A DNA stretch of 64,000 bases from an uncultured Gammaproteobacteria bacterium. Its GTDB lineage: Bacteria; Patescibacteriota; Patescibacteriia; Magasanikbacterales; UBA922. The position numbers and the translations under genes are program-made. Location: the NCBI GenBank assembly GCA_964565405.1, contig CAZMEW010000002.1, positions 20,918 to 84,917 of the forward strand, read 5' to 3'. The notes beneath the pieces were generated by a model. The model saw nothing but the letters and a program-made list of their open reading frames with translations. It searched no databases and was not told the DNA's origin. Positions within the stretch are counted from its first letter, which is position 1; each line of letters opens with the position of its first letter. Below, in pieces: positions 27,932 to 36,972 of this stretch.

Positions 27932-28972
27932 ATGTCCTCTCAAATCATTATAAAAAACTCAGACCAACACTATCTAAAAACAGAGAAGTTTATTAGTGAA
28001 TGCGAGAAACGGTGTTTACGAACAGTCAATAAGGAATTGCTAAAGAAACTCAAAGAACTTGATTTGATTAATCCTATATTTACCTCAAAAGAAGGTGATT
28101 TTTATGATTTGTATCAACTCCTGGAAGTTAGTTTTATCGTCAAAAAATGTAAACTTACAGACTTAGAGAAAGAAAAGGTGCAAATTTTAGAAGAGCTGGG
28201 ACCGATAAAACGGATATTACCTTTACTTCAAGACATACGTTATTTTTATCAGCCGGAACTCTATGGACAAATTAGCAGCGGAGTCTTGCCGCCTGATGAG
28301 TTTGAGATAGAACCTTTTCAGGACGTTCTACGTAGTTATGAAAAGAATCTAAAAAGTTTTAAACCAACTGAATATATTAAAAAACATGGATTTGATAAAG
28401 AAGAGATTAAAGAAATCAGAGATTCAATTTTTATAAGAGCACATTGGTTTGACCCGATGCAGGATTGGTACGCGTTTTTAAGAACCATAAGAACTAAGGA
28501 TTACAGTAACTATTTTAAAAAGATAAAAGGAGACGTGCTACTTGCCCATGACTATTATATTGTTGCAGAGTTGTTGACGTTTCTTTATCGAGATTCTTTT
28601 AATGATTCAATCCTAGACCCGGAAGATATTATTGATGGAACAGGTGGCAAATGGAAAGAGGGGGAATGTGCTAATTGCGGTAAGAAAATTAAAAAGATAA
28701 ATTTTAGGCACCGATATTGTTACGAATGTAAGATAAACGAAAAAGAAACCAGAATAGATTTTCATCATTGTTGTAAATGTAATGAAGTATTATTACGATA
28801 CATCGATGGGAATATGGTATTTGAAAAAATAAGTACGCACAGTAAAGCAAAGAAGGGTACGTTAACAAAGCCTATTCAAATATCCCTAGAGTATGGAAAG
28901 ATGCACATAGAGGTAATATGTGCTGATTGTGACCAAATTAATCATATTCCACTTAGCAGCGGATGGTTCTAA
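27932..28972 (+). CDS. hypothetical protein with a C-terminal multi-Cys zinc-ribbon (island cargo)
   Basis: AT-rich ORF. C-terminal motifs CANCGKK...CYECK...HHCCKCN...CADCDQ. Confidence 0.5.
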   Translation: MSSQIIIKNSDQHYLKTEKFISECEKRCLRTVNKELLKKLKELDLINPIFTSKEGDFYDLYQLLEVSFIVKKCKLTDLEKEKVQILEELGPIKRILPLLQDIRYFYQPELYGQISSGVLPPDEFEIEPFQDVLRSYEKNLKSFKPTEYIKKHGFDKEEIKEIRDSIFIRAHWFDPMQDWYAFLRTIRTKDYSNYFKKIKGDVLLAHDYYIVAELLTFLYRDSFNDSILDPEDIIDGTGGKWKEGECANCGKKIKKINFRHRYCYECKINEKETRIDFHHCCKCNEVLLRYIDGNMVFEKISTHSKAKKGTLTKPIQISLEYGKMHIEVICADCDQINHIPLSSGWF

Positions 28973-29219
28973 ATTGACAGGGAATACATAGATGATATAA
29001 TACAATTGTTCATTTAAAACTACAGTCATCCGTGAGGTGACCAGTTCGGACAATGAAGGGCCGGACAACTAACTGATTCATCAGTCTTTTTAAGACGCGA
29101 GGAAAAAGTGGTTGTTCGGCTTTTTTATTTTACAACCTCTTTGACCTTCTAATTAAGCGAGCTCGAATCAAGCTCGTTTTTTGTTAGCATGAATAAAGAG
29201 AGAAATAAAAAAATGCATA

Positions 29220-30557
29220 GTGAGAAAAATAAAATCATTGCTACACAAATTGCACAATTTTTGTTTTCTATTTGGGAAAAAGAACTATTACATAACGGCA
29301 ATCAAGCTGCCGCCTCAAAGTCAGGTTTTCCGAGAGATTATCCTGGCAATGGGACGGCAACTTGATAGTCGACCAAAATCTCTCGGTATGGTCGACACAA
29401 TACGTCTTAAAATAGAGTCTTTTAATGCCCTAGATATGGGCTATTTTAACGAAGTACGAAAAAGAAGCGCAACCGATGAGATGAGAAATATAACCAAACA
29501 AATAACACGTACGAATAATAAATTTAGAAAACATAGACAAGATAAGGGGCTATATACTCCTAAATTTCAGATTGAAGAAAATTACTATGGGACAATAATG
29601 AAGAAAACACTTGTATTGGAATTGTCCTTGCCAAAATTTGTTTTTGGAACAAATCTACATGAGCTTACTCAAGCGGATTGGCTTGATACAGTACAAAAAC
29701 TCCTCTTCTTTTTAAAAGAAATAAAAGTTGAAGTATTTGAACAAGATATTATGCAGGCAATTGTAACAAGTATATCTTATTCAAGAAATTTAGATATAAC
29801 TGAAATCTGTACTGGTCAGCAAGCAATACGTCATCTTGCGCCATTTAATTATCGTCCGAGGTCTGATTATAATTATGTAATTCGTGAGCAAAAAAATGGT
29901 GGATCATATATTAAATACTTCAATAATTGCACATCCCTGATAATTTACGATAAATTACCTGAAATTGCGTACAATCCGGTAACCGCGATTGAAAAGGAAA
30001 TTGCAGAAATATGGAAAAGGCGAAGGGCAGGAGAATTTCCACAACGTGTGAAGGAGTATATTAGAGTGGAGGTAAGTTTACAGGACAAGGTGTCAATTAA
30101 ACAGGCAGTTCGTTCGGTAAATGGTCTAATACAAAATTCATTTACATTTAAAGAACTTTTTAATCAAGAACTAAGTAATCAGATTCTTCGCAAAGAGATT
30201 GATAGCGTTTTTAATCATTCATTACAAAAACCTATTCTACTATCTACCTATGACAGACCAACTGTACAGGCTTTACTGACTAAAAAGTTTCCTAGATTTA
30301 ATGAACGAATGAAAGTCGCAGGTTTTGTTGAAAAGTTACGGATTGAAAATATGGGGTTAAAAGAGCTCCGTAAGACTATGATAGATGGTTCCTGTGAACG
30401 AACTTGGTTTCGTTGGCAGAAAAAACTTAAAGAGCTTTTCGACGACATAGAACTCCGAGATTTAAAAATTTCAGAAACTCTCAGATCGGCTGATATTTTG
30501 AACTTTATTTTGAAAGAATTTAATTTAAAAGATAAAAAACAGCTATCACTTTTCTAG
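29220..30557 (+). CDS. hypothetical protein, possible mobile-element replication-initiation protein
   Basis: GTG start at 29220 per the ORF track; the internal ATG at 29349 (MGRQLDSRPKSLGMVDTIRLKIESF) is the more likely start. No confident family match from sequence alone. Context is a recombinase-bearing island. Confidence 0.4.
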   Translation: MRKIKSLLHKLHNFCFLFGKKNYYITAIKLPPQSQVFREIILAMGRQLDSRPKSLGMVDTIRLKIESFNALDMGYFNEVRKRSATDEMRNITKQITRTNNKFRKHRQDKGLYTPKFQIEENYYGTIMKKTLVLELSLPKFVFGTNLHELTQADWLDTVQKLLFFLKEIKVEVFEQDIMQAIVTSISYSRNLDITEICTGQQAIRHLAPFNYRPRSDYNYVIREQKNGGSYIKYFNNCTSLIIYDKLPEIAYNPVTAIEKEIAEIWKRRRAGEFPQRVKEYIRVEVSLQDKVSIKQAVRSVNGLIQNSFTFKELFNQELSNQILRKEIDSVFNHSLQKPILLSTYDRPTVQALLTKKFPRFNERMKVAGFVEKLRIENMGLKELRKTMIDGSCERTWFRWQKKLKELFDDIELRDLKISETLRSADILNFILKEFNLKDKKQLSLF

Positions 30558-30558
30558 T

Positions 30559-32121
30559 TTAGTTTTCTTCCTTCAGATTTGCAAAATACTCTCTTGCTTT
30601 CAGATTTATATAGTAATCACAATAGAGTTTCATAGCTATAACCTCAGTTAGGGTTATAGGGTGACTTTTCTCATGTTTTACATCAGCTTGAAGTGCGGTA
30701 GCAAGAGTTAAAGTTTTATCTAAATCCTTCATTTCTCCAATTTTACTAAGTTGTTTTTTGATAACTTCTCTAAAATCACTTATACCATCCCAATCGCCAA
30801 AGATAATCGTAGCGTTTTTGAGAGCTTTGTAAAAACTGTCAAATGCATTTGCCTCAAGTTGTAAGTGTATGTCAACTTTGCTGAAACAAGTGAGCCCCAT
30901 AGCATACTCTTTCAAAAAACTCTCTAGTTTTTTAGATTCCATCATGAAAAACGTAATAATATCGTAGGTTTTTCTTGCCGCGTTTTGGTCAAGTACTAGT
31001 CTTGCTTCATCAAAACCCACATGCAATCGTTTATGAGGTGAAACGACCAATTTTACACCACCGTTTGGGTCAGCTTCAAGATCAACAATATCTACATAAT
31101 AAGTGGATATATCCTTCTGTACATTCCACCAAAAAATACCTAAAGTCCCAACATTAAATGCGAGCACCACTGTCTTTGCCATAAAGAAACCGTGCTCCCA
31201 TACATAACTAGTATGAAGACCTTTCGGTAACGTAAGATCGATAAGAAGCTCGCCTTTTGTGAGTTTATTAGGGTCTTTACGGTTAGACTTATAGATCTTT
31301 ATACCCTCAACACCTTTATTCCAATCGGCAAACGCGTTATTCCGGATCGTATGAGAGGGGGTTTGGATTCGGATACGCATTCTATATTTTGGTGCGAAGG
31401 CTTCTTCACCTTCTGGCTTTTCCCGTTGCATTTCTTTCTGGGCATATTCTCGCATCGCAATCTCATTTTGACGATAGACTTCATGTAACCATTTAATCCA
31501 TTCCTTACCGTTTCCAAGTTCACCTAGTTTTTTTAAAGATAAGGGACCAAATATCTGTTTACGATACTCAGTATCTTCTGCTGCAGAAAAAAACCATATA
31601 ATTTCCTCAATATCACCATTTTCAAATGGTTTCAATTCAGTTGTCTTCTCAATTTCAAGTCGCGTACGTGTCAATCCAATAATCATCCGTGCTTCATCTT
31701 CCTTAACTCGCTTATTTATTGGTAAGGGATTTTGAGGATCTGTATAAAGCGACTCAAGTCGTCGCTCATGCAGATTGAGTGCTAAATGACGAGTTTTTTC
31801 AATGATTTCTTTTGTGAATTTTACATCGCGTAATATGTCTGCACCCCATATCGCCCAAAAAAGTTTTTTAACATGATCATCCATCGCACCTACAAGCTCT
31901 TCTCTTTCGGGGCGCATAGCAAAGCTCATATAGTTGATTGTTGACAATATAGATTTACCAATTTCTTCTAGTGCTAAAAGAGCAAGATGGAAACAAATGT
32001 GGTCTGCATTTTTTCCAATCTCATTTTCGGCCATGGACAGGAGTGCTTCTGCATTTGCAAGACACATTTCTCGCATTATTTTAAGTTTTTCATATTTTTC
32101 TTCGTGTTTCATAAATTTCAT
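30559..32121 (-). CDS. AbiV/HEPN-like N-terminal domain fused to a large unknown C-terminal domain (candidate abortive-infection / defence protein)
   Basis: N-terminal NAEALLSMAENEIGKNADHICFHLALLALEEIGKSIL resembles the AbiV-type HEPN helix pair. Total length is about 520 aa, against about 200 aa for AbiV. Confidence 0.45.
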   Translation of the reverse strand: MKFMKHEEKYEKLKIMREMCLANAEALLSMAENEIGKNADHICFHLALLALEEIGKSILSTINYMSFAMRPEREELVGAMDDHVKKLFWAIWGADILRDVKFTKEIIEKTRHLALNLHERRLESLYTDPQNPLPINKRVKEDEARMIIGLTRTRLEIEKTTELKPFENGDIEEIIWFFSAAEDTEYRKQIFGPLSLKKLGELGNGKEWIKWLHEVYRQNEIAMREYAQKEMQREKPEGEEAFAPKYRMRIRIQTPSHTIRNNAFADWNKGVEGIKIYKSNRKDPNKLTKGELLIDLTLPKGLHTSYVWEHGFFMAKTVVLAFNVGTLGIFWWNVQKDISTYYVDIVDLEADPNGGVKLVVSPHKRLHVGFDEARLVLDQNAARKTYDIITFFMMESKKLESFLKEYAMGLTCFSKVDIHLQLEANAFDSFYKALKNATIIFGDWDGISDFREVIKKQLSKIGEMKDLDKTLTLATALQADVKHEKSHPITLTEVIAMKLYCDYYINLKAREYFANLKEEN

Positions 32122-32199
32122 CAAGATGTATAAATTGAAGTACACGAAATATAACAAAACTTGCTAAATTGAGCAAAAATGGTAGTATATTCATGTCTG

Positions 32200-32362
32200 C
32201 CTACAATTTCACCGAGAGTTTATTTTTTTAAAGGACTATTAAGACTGTCTTGTCTTATCCGTTTTATTGCGGATAAAGATGGGCAGTCAACCTCCACAAA
32301 ACGGAAAGTCCTTGGACTCTCTGTGAATAGTGGGCAGACCGGTTTGGCTGCCCTTTTTTGTT
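32200..32362 (+). ncRNA. candidate structured small RNA / leader ending in an intrinsic terminator
   Basis: Nested complementary segments (AAGGACT...AGTCCTT; CCGTTTT...AAAACGG) and a terminal GGGCAGACC(ggttt)GGCTGCCC hairpin followed by TTTTTT. No ORF is present. Confidence 0.25.
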
Positions 32363-32390
32363 TTTATATTTAATTCTTCACTTTTCCGAT

Positions 32391-33116
32391 ATGGATAAAC
32401 CACAAGCTAACCACTCGCCGAAGAAACCATTTTATAAAACATGGTGGTTCGGTGTTATCATTCTTGGATGTATCATAGTTTCATTCAGTTCAAACTCTTC
32501 TAACGATAACATTTCGACTCAGCCGCCCGTACACCAACCTAATACACCAGTTGAGCAGACTGTCGTACCCACCGTAACCGATAAAACCCCCGCTAAAACA
32601 ACAGTAACACCCGCAGCCAAGAAAGACGAGCCTGTTACCGATGTAACCGCCCAGACAACCCAAAATACAGACCCTCAAAACCAGACAGGTTCAAACGTCT
32701 ACGATCAGATACGAAAAAGAGCACAGGAGAAATGGCCGAACGACCCTGACATGCAAGAATACACGTACGATAATCAAAAGGCTGCATACGAACAATTTTC
32801 ACTGATTACCGCGTATCCCAATATCAAAGCTCAAGCGGTTTCGAAGTGGCCGACGGACTACGAAATGCAAGTCTATATGTATAATGAACAAAAAACGGCA
32901 TATGAGCGAATGGAGATGATCACCAAATACCCGGAAATAAAAACATATGCCCAAAACAAATGGCCAACTGATTACAGTATGCAGGTCTACACCTATGATA
33001 ATCAGGTTACCGCTTATGAAACTATGCTTAATTATCCCAACAGTCCTAAAAAATCTGCCGCTCAGCGCAAATGGCCAAAAGACTATGAGATGCAGGTGTA
33101 TGAATATCAAAATTAG
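32391..33116 (+). CDS. membrane-anchored protein with 3.5 tandem ~37-aa repeats (KWP.DY.MQVY.Y...AYE)
   Basis: TM segment WWFGVIILGCIIVSF, then a Thr/Pro-rich linker, then repeats KWPNDPDMQEYTYDNQKAAYEQ / KWPTDYEMQVYMYNEQKTAYER / KWPTDYSMQVYTYDNQVTAYET / KWPKDYEMQVYEYQN. Confidence 0.55.
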   Translation: MDKPQANHSPKKPFYKTWWFGVIILGCIIVSFSSNSSNDNISTQPPVHQPNTPVEQTVVPTVTDKTPAKTTVTPAAKKDEPVTDVTAQTTQNTDPQNQTGSNVYDQIRKRAQEKWPNDPDMQEYTYDNQKAAYEQFSLITAYPNIKAQAVSKWPTDYEMQVYMYNEQKTAYERMEMITKYPEIKTYAQNKWPTDYSMQVYTYDNQVTAYETMLNYPNSPKKSAAQRKWPKDYEMQVYEYQN

Positions 33117-33303
33117 CTATCTTTTTGATTAGGTAGCACCTCCTCTCGTTTACTCTCCAATTGTCCCGCTTCAAGCATCATCGCTACATCAATAGGTGCT
33201 CGTACTTCGTGAGTAGTTCTTCATACTCATATGAGCTAATTCTAGCCTTGACAACAAGGATTTTTTGTGTTATTATCTCATGTTCCAAAACAGAGGAGGA
33301 TTC

Positions 33304-34002
33304 ATGGAACAACGAGTGATGAAGTACACGGAATGGGTAGGTTATTTTGAGGGGTGGGCTCAGCTAAAACTCCGCGGCCAGACATCCGATTCTCCGGGCA
33401 TCATCCCTCGGTGGACTGAGACTCGTGAGATTCGGGTGATGTGGGAAGAGGGCATCACTGATGACACGGGCGAGTTCGTAGTTCGAGAAATCGCGCAATG
33501 GATTCGTGAGCTTTGTCTCGGTCTTGAGTTCACCGTGGTGCCGTATGGCACCGGATGGCGTGAAGCAGGACGGCGCGTCAGCGTCACCGACTACATCCGC
33601 CCCGCACTGCTTCCGAGCGGTGTCGACTATGAACAGCTTTTTCGGCTGTCGTACCATGAGCCGTATCGACGTGTGCACCAACACGCAGACGTCTACATCA
33701 TGAAACGACCGTTTCATGATGACACGGTTTCGTGGGGATGCTCGATCTTCGAGTACGGTTGTCTACTATTGACGCTTCACGGCGGTCGACAGAACAACCG
33801 GGATTTCTTGCGCGGCGTGGTACGCCATGAACTCGGCCATCTCTTCGGGATGCCGATTCACTGTGACCATGTCGGTGTCGAAGGATGGGCCTACGACTCA
33901 TCCTGCAACATGCACTACGCGGTACCGTCTTCCAGACTGTGTCCGAAGTGTCGCTCTCTCCTTCATCTCTGGTGGCAGCACATCAAAGCTGCTCTCCGAT
34001 GA
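33304..34002 (+). CDS. archaemetzincin-like zinc metalloprotease (peptidase M54-like) in a GC-rich patch
   Basis: HELGHLFGMPIHCDH followed by C...CPKC, the archaemetzincin HExxHxxGxxHC + Cys4 signature. Local GC is markedly above the flanks. Confidence 0.55.
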   Translation: MEQRVMKYTEWVGYFEGWAQLKLRGQTSDSPGIIPRWTETREIRVMWEEGITDDTGEFVVREIAQWIRELCLGLEFTVVPYGTGWREAGRRVSVTDYIRPALLPSGVDYEQLFRLSYHEPYRRVHQHADVYIMKRPFHDDTVSWGCSIFEYGCLLLTLHGGRQNNRDFLRGVVRHELGHLFGMPIHCDHVGVEGWAYDSSCNMHYAVPSSRLCPKCRSLLHLWWQHIKAALR

Positions 34003-34250
34003 AGATGACCCTGATGCGTCGTGCATCTGGCTGAACCCCTCGGGGCTCGCTACATCGCACGCGCATCGGGGGACAGTCAAAAATACATCACACCTGTGGT
34101 GTCTTTTTGTTTATAATTATAATGTACCCCCACTAAATAAGTATTTCTCCAATAAGTATGACAAAAGTGTCAGTAGTTTATAGTGGTTTTGGCTAAAATA
34201 CTTGATTTTTAATAGAGGTTAGAACATACTGAGATAAACATTCTTCACCT

Positions 34251-35849
34251 ATGTCTAAAGAAAAAATCTCTCAAGCAACACTATCTAGGGCAGCTGCATA
34301 TATTCGAGAGAGTACCGAGGAACAGGATAAGGGATACTCACCGGATAACCAAAAAGAGACTATTTTAAGGTATGCCAGACAAAATGGGATTGAGGTAGTA
34401 GAGTGGTACAAGGACCTATTTACTGGGCGTAGTGCAGAAAAAAGAATTGATTTTCAACGAATGATTGCAGACGCAATGATGAAGAAATTTGACGTTATTT
34501 TGATATTTCATAGCTCTCGATTTGCACGAAATGTAGAAGAGTCACAGCAGTATAAAAAGTTACTGCGTAATAAATTAGGAATTAATGTTGTTTCGGTAAC
34601 ACAAAATTTTGGTGACCCTGACGATCCCGGCTCCTTCCTTAATGAAGGAATAAACGAATTGTTTGATGAACATGTATCGAGGAATATCGGTTTCTGGGTT
34701 GGTACGAGTTTAATGGCAAAACGACAAAAGGGTTATCAATTAGGAAATCCACCGCTTGGGTATTACAAAAAGAAGATAGGGTATGATAAAGAAAGAGATC
34801 GGGTGATGTATGAAGGGGTGTGGCGTGTAGAAACAGACGAAGCAAAGCTCGTAAACCAGATTTTCAATTTGTATATCGGAGGAAACATGTCCTTTGCTGA
34901 TATAGCGGCAGAGTTAAATAAAAATGGTGGTAAAACAAAACATGGACATCCTTTCACCTATAGCTCAATTAAAGATACGTTAAATAATCGTTCATATCTT
35001 GGTTACACATATTCTCCCCGTAGAAACTACCCAGAATTACGAGCGAAACATAAGCCAATTATAACTGAAGAGTTATTTAATAAGGCACAGGAAGTGCTCA
35101 ACGACCGTAGACGTTCGAAGGGTCGTTCAACTGCAAAACATAGGTTCTATTTTTTGCAGAGTTTAGTGTTTTGTTACGGTTGCTATAAGCATTTGAAAGG
35201 AAAAGAAAATAATCCATCGGCCCGGCTTTTGCCAAAAATGTACTGTGTCACACAGCCTTCAGATGGTAAGGAGTACTACAGTTATGCCTGTAAATATCGT
35301 CGTGAGAATCATAGCTGTAAGCAGAAGAGTGTTAAATGCGAGACGATTGATGATGAGGTTAGTACGTATTTAGAAGGCTTTACACTGCCTAAAGATGTTA
35401 TCGAGGATACCATCTCACAGGTACGGGAGATGATTCAGTCTGCAAAAAAGACGCCTGATATGGTAGGGCGCATCAAACGCTTGGAAGAAAAGAAGAAGAA
35501 AATTGAATTTATATTCACTAATACGTCAGAATTGAGTGAGGAACAATACTTAGGTAAGTTAGAGGAGGTGAATATCGAATTAAATAAGTATTCTCAATTC
35601 GACCGGGTAGCAAGTAATGCACGGCGTGAAGAAGAATTCATTAAAAAAACCGAGCGTTTGCTCGGGGATTTCAAATCTCTGTGGGATACGTTTGATAAGG
35701 TTGAACGACGAAGGTGGGCAATGATGACGTTGAGGCGTGTGTGGGTAAAAGATGGAAAAGTCTATGCAATCGAACCGCAAGAGGAGTATAAGCCATTATT
35801 TGTTGCACATAGGGAAGTCTTGGGTCGAGCGGAATTGAACCCGTGCTAG
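34251..35849 (+). CDS. large serine recombinase (resolvase catalytic domain + recombinase domain + zinc ribbon + coiled-coil)
   Basis: N-terminal AAYIRESTEEQ with catalytic Ser, Cys cluster CYGCYKH...C..C, 532 aa. Confidence 0.85.
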   Translation: MSKEKISQATLSRAAAYIRESTEEQDKGYSPDNQKETILRYARQNGIEVVEWYKDLFTGRSAEKRIDFQRMIADAMMKKFDVILIFHSSRFARNVEESQQYKKLLRNKLGINVVSVTQNFGDPDDPGSFLNEGINELFDEHVSRNIGFWVGTSLMAKRQKGYQLGNPPLGYYKKKIGYDKERDRVMYEGVWRVETDEAKLVNQIFNLYIGGNMSFADIAAELNKNGGKTKHGHPFTYSSIKDTLNNRSYLGYTYSPRRNYPELRAKHKPIITEELFNKAQEVLNDRRRSKGRSTAKHRFYFLQSLVFCYGCYKHLKGKENNPSARLLPKMYCVTQPSDGKEYYSYACKYRRENHSCKQKSVKCETIDDEVSTYLEGFTLPKDVIEDTISQVREMIQSAKKTPDMVGRIKRLEEKKKKIEFIFTNTSELSEEQYLGKLEEVNIELNKYSQFDRVASNARREEEFIKKTERLLGDFKSLWDTFDKVERRRWAMMTLRRVWVKDGKVYAIEPQEEYKPLFVAHREVLGRAELNPC

Positions 35850-35895
35850 GAGAGCCACAATCTCCTGTGCTACCATTACACCATAGCCACCCCTA
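35830..35895 (-). pseudogene. truncated tRNA-His-like fragment (5' about 60 nt only), inverted relative to the intact tRNA-His, overlapping the recombinase 3' end
   Basis: The reverse complement reads G-GTGGCTATGGTGTAATGGTAGCACAGGAGATTGTGGCTCTCCTAGCACGGGTTCAATTCC and then diverges (GCTCGACCCA), so the T-stem 3' half and the acceptor 3' strand are missing. It is about 80% identical to tRNA-His at 27826. Confidence 0.55.
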
Positions 35896-36022
35896 AATTG
35901 ACCTCAAATCAAATTGTGGAGACGAGTATACGTCAAAATAAGGCTTTTGTCAACGACAAGTATAACACAACCCTGCACCATATAGTGCAGGGTTTGGATA
36001 AAATAGTAGAGATTTTTGCGTA

Positions 36023-36754
36023 TTAACCTTTCTTCTCGAATGATCGAAGAACTTCAAGTGGGACTGCAAATATTATTGTGTTGGATTGATCAGAGCTCAC
36101 GTCATTGATCGTACTCAATGTTCGAAGATGTAGAGCTCCAGGGCTACTAGAAAGCATTGCAGCGGCTTTGGAGATATTTTCTGCGGCTGCGATTTCTCCT
36201 TCTGCCTTGATAATGACAGCCCGTTTCTCACGCTCAGCTTCTGCCTGTTTTGCGATCACACGCTGCATGTCATCAGGGAGGGTAATATCTTTTAGTTCAA
36301 CGGTTTCAACCTTGATACCCCAGACATCGGTCGCGACATCGATCAGCTCTTTAATTTTTTTTGCAGCTTCCTCACGATTTGCTAAAAGCTGGTCAAGTTC
36401 AAGTTGTCCGACCACATTTCGCATGGTGGTCTGTGCAAGCTGGGAAACAGCAAACCAGAAATTTTCTACTTCAAGCACGGCTTTTGCAGCGTCGGCTACG
36501 CGGTAATAAATAACAGCATTAATTTTTGCAGACACATTATCCTTGGTTATTGCCTCTTGATAAGGCACATCCACTGCTTTGGTACGGATATCTACTTTCT
36601 GCATACTCTGGATAACCGGGAAAACAAGTCTCCACCCTGGTTCAACGATTTTCGTATACTTACCCAACTGAAATTTGACCCCACGTTGGTATTGGTTTAC
36701 CTGGCGAATACTGATAAACACAAGGAACACTGCGATCGCTATGAGTACCCACAT
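36023..36754 (-). CDS. SPFH/band-7 (stomatin/HflC-like) membrane protein
   Basis: N-terminal TM segment plus SPFH core (YQRGVKFQLGKY...) and a coiled-coil. Confidence 0.8.
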   Translation of the reverse strand: MWVLIAIAVFLVFISIRQVNQYQRGVKFQLGKYTKIVEPGWRLVFPVIQSMQKVDIRTKAVDVPYQEAITKDNVSAKINAVIYYRVADAAKAVLEVENFWFAVSQLAQTTMRNVVGQLELDQLLANREEAAKKIKELIDVATDVWGIKVETVELKDITLPDDMQRVIAKQAEAEREKRAVIIKAEGEIAAAENISKAAAMLSSSPGALHLRTLSTINDVSSDQSNTIIFAVPLEVLRSFEKKG

Positions 36755-36862
36755 ATTGAGTTACATAAGAATTATACGGATAGTATTGCGTAATCAGGCC
36801 ATAATTGCAAGAGAGTGGTTGTCATAACAAAAATCCGCTTTTAATGACGGATTTTGTATATG

Positions 36863-36934
36863 TGAGCCCAGCAGGAATCGAACCTGCGTATCCAGCTTAG
36901 AAGGCTAGTGTTCTATCCACTGAACTATGGGCTC
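36863..36934 (-). tRNA. tRNA-Arg (anticodon TCT)
   Basis: Reverse complement GAGCCCA TA GTTC AGTGGATA GAAC A CTAGC CTTCTAA GCTGG ATAC GCAGG TTCGATT CCTGC TGGGCTC A. Confidence 0.8.
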
Positions 36935-36972
36935 ATGGATGTGGGAGAGTGTAATCGTAAATCGACCATTTG

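Noticed and set aside
33360-34183. Numerous overlapping ORFs on both strands (33360-33717, 33506-33703, 33698-33901, 33827-34183, 33898-34080)
   Set aside because: High GC here inflates random ORF length. Only the plus-strand frame carries the HExxH + Cys4 metalloprotease signature.
35826-35895. Plus-strand reading of the tRNA-like segment as a tRNA
   Set aside because: On the plus strand the arms do not fold. Only the minus-strand reading gives tRNA-His-like arms, and even then the 3' half is missing. It is reported as a fragment, not a functional tRNA.
36105-36793. Plus-strand ORFs antisense to the SPFH gene
   Set aside because: They are antisense to a well-supported band-7 protein gene. 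Their Ala/Ser-rich translations are typical of antisense frames.
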